NCBI GenBank assembly: GCA_018061035.1
Contig: JAGOUX010000004.1
Span: 1 to 55,929, forward strand
Direction of reading: 5' to 3'
DNA from: Minisyncoccota bacterium
Lineage (GTDB): Bacteria > Patescibacteriota > Minisyncoccia > Phycocordibacterales > UBA9973
DNA length: 55,929 nucleotides
The notes below the pieces were generated by a model. The model was given only the letters and a program-made list of their open reading frames with translations, searched no databases and was not told the origin of the DNA. Position 1 is the first letter of the stretch, and each line of letters starts with the position of its first letter. The translations under genes were made by a program, and so were the position numbers. Positions 52,972 through 55,929 of the stretch are shown one piece after another.

Positions 52972-53802
52972 CTAGCAATAGCAACCGAAATAAAATGCTT
53001 CTTTCCCGACTCCATCACAGTCGTCTGCGAAGAGGATGAGCCCATCCTTCTTCGCGGTGACTTCAACATCGCCGTCGTGGCCGATGATTTCACCCTTGTT
53101 TACGGGCTCGAAATCTTTCCACTCCCGTGCGCGTTTGAACCCGCTCGCGGTTGTGTGGTAGATTTCTTCGATCTGAACTCGCTCCTTGGAGATGATATCC
53201 ATCTCATCTTCCACAAGAGTGATGTGTCCTCGAGCATGAAGGAAGCCGAAAATTGCAAGGGAGGCCTTTGACACTACGCTTGGGTCCTCGTGATGTCCGC
53301 ACTCGACACAGACACCGATTCTGCCTGCCCGATTCATGTACTCGTCGGTTCCACCAGGACAGACCTGGTCAAAACCCGAGACGATAATTTCGACAGGAAG
53401 TTTCTCGGCGATGAATATGCCGTTCTGTTCGCAGATTGCGAATGGCTTGCTTTCAGGCGTGTCGCTCGAGTGGATATCGAGTAGTGCACCGGCCTCGTCG
53501 AGATAAGACTTCAAGTACCCAGCGCGGTGGTACTCGTAGGTGTGTTTGTGCCACTCATAGTATGCGCTCGGCGCCATGAACGCGCGGTTCAGGTCGAATT
53601 CTGTAAAGCGCATGTTTTTGGCGACGGCGTTGGGGTTGCCCACGACGAGAAAAACCGTGCCCCATTCAATCTTGAGCCCATCTTGCACAAAGAGCTCCTC
53701 AAACGCTTGAAGCCCACAAGGTTCATTGCCGTGGACTCCAGCCAGGATTACGCTTGTTGGGCCCGGCATGGACCCTGTAATCCTTATGACTTCTTCTCTC
53801 AT
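52972..53802 (-). CDS. succinylglutamate desuccinylase/aspartoacylase (AstE/AspA, M14-like) family protein, G+C-rich
   Basis: ILAGVHGNEPCG, DLNRAF, LLDIHS, VECGHH motifs. Own promoter TTGTCT-N17-TATATT on the minus strand, with the 3' module downstream. Confidence 0.75.
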   Translation of the reverse strand: MREEVIRITGSMPGPTSVILAGVHGNEPCGLQAFEELFVQDGLKIEWGTVFLVVGNPNAVAKNMRFTEFDLNRAFMAPSAYYEWHKHTYEYHRAGYLKSYLDEAGALLDIHSSDTPESKPFAICEQNGIFIAEKLPVEIIVSGFDQVCPGGTDEYMNRAGRIGVCVECGHHEDPSVVSKASLAIFGFLHARGHITLVEDEMDIISKERVQIEEIYHTTASGFKRAREWKDFEPVNKGEIIGHDGDVEVTAKKDGLILFADDCDGVGKEAFYFGCYC

Positions 53803-53882
53803 CGGTCACTACCTTTCTCAAATAACAGAATATTAGCTTTAATATAGATTATTTAGTGCCTAAAGACAAGTTTATTTATAAG

Positions 53883-53891
53883 TGGTATAAT
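53883..53891 (+). promoter_or_regulatory. extended -10 box, leaderless-type (PCD)
   Basis: TGGTATAAT, 8 nt, ATG 53900. Confidence 0.5.
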
Positions 53892-53899
53892 ATAGAAAT

Positions 53900-54232
53900 A
53901 TGAATAATGATTTATTGCAGAAAAAATGTGTGCCGTGCGAAGGGGGAGTAGCCCCACTCGTGCAGATAGAGGCCGAGGCTTTTATGAAATGGGTAGATGG
54001 TTGGACGCTAAGTGTAGACAATAAAAAGATCAGCAAAGAGTATAAATTTAATGATTTTAAAGATGCGATGGTGTTTGTGAACAAAGTAGCCGATGTCGCC
54101 AATGCCGAAGACCACCATCCAGATATTTATATCTACTACAACAAAGTAAAACTCGAGCTCACCACACATGCGATAAATGGCCTGTCTCAAAATGACTTCA
54201 TCGTGGCTGCAAAGGTGGACGCTGTAAATTAA
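53900..54232 (+). CDS. 4a-hydroxytetrahydrobiopterin dehydratase (PCD/DCoH)
   Basis: CVPCEGG...W....FKDAMVFVNKVADVANAEDHHPDI...V.LELTTH. Confidence 0.85.
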   Translation: MNNDLLQKKCVPCEGGVAPLVQIEAEAFMKWVDGWTLSVDNKKISKEYKFNDFKDAMVFVNKVADVANAEDHHPDIYIYYNKVKLELTTHAINGLSQNDFIVAAKVDAVN

Positions 54233-54298
54233 AAAACCGGTCAACATATCTCCTTTGAGTGTTGCCGGTTTTCTGGAGAGCGATCAGGATCTCCACCT
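54233..54298 (-). repeat. 3' module family, copy G2 (after the 80-aa ORF; also terminates the PCD gene on the plus strand)
   Basis: The minus strand reads AGGTGGAGATCCTGATCGCTCTCCAGAAAACCGGCAACACTC...GACCGGTTTTTT. Confidence 0.8.
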
Positions 54299-54323
54299 GT
54301 TGCGTTACTTGTGCGCCTTTGCA

Positions 54324-54566
54324 CTAATGAATCGAGTCCGTTCTGTTAGAGATGTAATTTGGGTTTTTCTTTTTATATTCTTCCAAAAACTTCCACTCTT
54401 GCGCGATTCTCTTGTCTCGAGTAATCTTGGAAGTTTTGTTGCACCACTTACACCATGAGACTGGACCTTTTCTTTCGTTTTTCTTTGGATATATCCATTC
54501 GTGTGTCCCTCTGATGGACTTCAAGCATTTCCATCTCTCAACGATTTTCTCTTTATTGGCCATCAT
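54324..54566 (-). CDS. hypothetical Lys-rich small protein (weak call)
   Basis: An 80-aa ORF with WCKWC and no clear SD. Its stop is followed by the same 3' module as the AstE-like gene. Confidence 0.35.
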   Translation of the reverse strand: MMANKEKIVERWKCLKSIRGTHEWIYPKKNERKGPVSWCKWCNKTSKITRDKRIAQEWKFLEEYKKKNPNYISNRTDSIH

Positions 54567-54653
54567 TCTTCAAAGAACAATGAGTTCTGCACAACGCAAA
54601 ACCCCTTCCGAAGTTTTCAACTTGGGAAGGGGTTATTTTCGAAAATAAATATA

Positions 54654-55025
54654 TTATGTATTCAAAGACAATCCTTTCCTAAGTTTGGAATGGTTGCTGT
54701 GATGATTTGATAAGCGCGACAATACAAGTCGGTACCCGCCAAGGGAACCTTTTAGCCATTTGGATATGCGTGCGATGGTTGCCGATGAGAGGCCAGTGCT
54801 TTCTATAATCGAGTTATACTGAACATCTCGAGATAACAGGGAAGCAGCCTCGAGTCTGTTTGCAAATTCTGAAATTTCGGCCATTGTCATGAGGTCACGA
54901 AAAAAGTTCTCTACCTCTATGGGGTTCTCTAGTTTTAGAATTGCATTTATGAGCTGGGAATTCTTCTTTGTTGTCCAGTCCACTTCAGTACCAATGTTTT
55001 CAGTTTTAATAATTTTTTCTTGCAT
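54654..55025 (-). CDS. TrpR-family (YerC/YecD-like) DNA-binding protein, second copy
   Basis: FFRDLMTMAEISEFANRLEAASLL...STGLSSATIARISKWLKG. Confidence 0.75.
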   Translation of the reverse strand: MQEKIIKTENIGTEVDWTTKKNSQLINAILKLENPIEVENFFRDLMTMAEISEFANRLEAASLLSRDVQYNSIIESTGLSSATIARISKWLKGSLGGYRLVLSRLSNHHSNHSKLRKGLSLNT

Positions 55026-55028
55026 GAC

Positions 55029-55070
55029 TATACTTTATCAAACTAAAGTACTTTAGTCAACTAAAGTAAC
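55029..55070. promoter_or_regulatory. tandem overlapping inverted repeats with the same half-site (candidate operator array)
   Basis: TACTTTATCAAACTAAAGTACTTTAGTCAACTAAAGTA. Half-site TACTTTAG/CTAAAGTA, as at 27786..27811. Overlaps the -10 of the divergent TrpR-like gene. Confidence 0.65.
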
Positions 55071-55129
55071 ATATAGCTGTGGAAAACTCCAGTTGATATA
55101 GTAAATATATTGTTAAATTTAATAATTAG

Positions 55130-55138
55130 TGGTATATT
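55130..55138 (+). promoter_or_regulatory. extended -10 box, leaderless-type (response regulator)
   Basis: TGGTATATT, 7 nt, ATG 55146. Confidence 0.5.
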
Positions 55139-55145
55139 ATTTCGT

Positions 55146-55814
55146 ATGACAATACTTGTTGTGGAGGATGAGAAAAAATTAGCAGACTTATTAAAGCGTG
55201 CACTAGTCGGCGAACATTATACAGTAGAAGTAGCAAATGACGGAGAGGAAGGCTTGCAAAAAGCGTTAAAGAATAATTACAGTCTAATTGTACTCGACCT
55301 CATGCTTCCTAAAAAAGATGGCATGGAAATTTGTCGCGAATTAAGAGCTCGACATGTCCACACACCAATAATAATTTTGACTGCTAGAGGAATCCTCGAA
55401 GATCGCGTCAAAGGTCTTGATCTCGGTGCTGATGATTATTTGACTAAGCCATTTGAAATGAGTGAGCTTTTTGCTCGTGTTAGAGCATTATTACGTCGCC
55501 GAAAGACAACTGACTCGCTCATACTAAAAGCTGCAGATTTGATCATGGATACAAAAGCTCATGAGGTGACTCGAGCAGGAAAGAAGATTTCTCTAACACT
55601 AAAAGAATATAAAATACTTGATACGCTTCTACGAAAAAATGGTGAGGCCATCACTCGTGCTCAGCTCATCAATGAGGCATGGGGCCACGATTTCAAAGAA
55701 GATAACCATGAATTAAACGTCCACATTAGATATTTGAGAAGTAAAATTGACGAAGGCCATTCAAAATCTCTGATTCAGACAGTAAGGGGAGTGGGTTATA
55801 TCTTGAAAGAATAA
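55146..55814 (+). CDS. OmpR-family response regulator
   Basis: Receiver domain (ILVVEDE...LDLMLP..DG) plus winged-helix output (IQTVRGVGY). The start lies 7 nt after TGGTATATT. Confidence 0.9.
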   Translation: MTILVVEDEKKLADLLKRALVGEHYTVEVANDGEEGLQKALKNNYSLIVLDLMLPKKDGMEICRELRARHVHTPIIILTARGILEDRVKGLDLGADDYLTKPFEMSELFARVRALLRRRKTTDSLILKAADLIMDTKAHEVTRAGKKISLTLKEYKILDTLLRKNGEAITRAQLINEAWGHDFKEDNHELNVHIRYLRSKIDEGHSKSLIQTVRGVGYILKE

Positions 55815-55929
55815 TTTACAATAGAGGAAAGAACACATTAAATGTGCTGCCTTTTTCTAGGGTGCTTTTTACCTTTATCTGTCATCTATGAGAATCTACA
55901 ACCCATTTCACTATTGCTAATCCTAATCC

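Noticed and set aside
3829-54298. Interpretation of the repeated modules as a CRISPR array or as integron attC sites.
   Set aside because: The repeats are not regularly spaced and do not flank short spacers. No cas genes are present. There is no integron integrase or attI, the cassettes carry their own promoters, and I see no GTTRRRY-type core. The resemblance to integron cassettes is only conceptual.
1-55929. tRNA, rRNA, tmRNA genes, prophage, IS elements and diversity-generating retroelements.
   Set aside because: No T-loop or acceptor-like sequences, transposase, integrase, reverse transcriptase or phage structural genes were recognised by eye. A tRNAscan/Infernal run would be needed for certainty.

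Overview
This is about 56 kb of gene-dense, A+T-rich bacterial chromosome. Its content fits a reduced-genome lineage such as CPR/Patescibacteria; that assignment is an inference from compact housekeeping genes and many small hypothetical proteins. The backbone holds the alpha ribosomal operon (infA-rpmJ-rpsM-rpsK-rpsD-rpoA-rplQ, then rplM-rpsI), the dispersed chaperone genes grpE, dnaK and dnaJ, and four aminoacyl-tRNA synthetases (alaS, cysS, trpS, aspS), with aspS behind a T-box leader. It also holds mnmA, metK, recR, dnaB and rplU. No tRNA, rRNA, CRISPR array, transposase or integrase was recognised.

Four things stand out:
1. At least a dozen short, visibly G+C-rich ORFs sit at operon boundaries as self-contained cassettes. 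Each has a -35/-10 promoter, a long 5' UTR, a strong GGAGG Shine-Dalgarno and its own terminator. Backbone genes instead lack an SD, and many start 6-8 nt after an extended -10 box (TGnTAnAAT), so they appear leaderless. Unrelated cassette ORFs share 5' leader and 3' hairpin/terminator modules, one of which shows a compensatory base-pair change. One cassette ORF is a DUF397 protein, a family typical of actinomycetes.
2. A tightly coupled operon, grpE / GIY-YIG / Cys-rich protein / ABC exporter / Cys-rich protein / Cys-rich protein, carries three about 570-aa paralogues capped at both ends by zinc-ribbon modules (CxxC-x17-CxxC spacing).
3. There is an orphan RelA/SpoT-domain protein with a long C-terminal extension, which may be a fused toxSAS-like protein.
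4. Two soluble TraD/VirD4-like ATPase paralogues flank rsmE.

Several shared palindromic operators and conserved intergenic elements are also reported. All functional calls come from reading motifs by eye. No database search was run.
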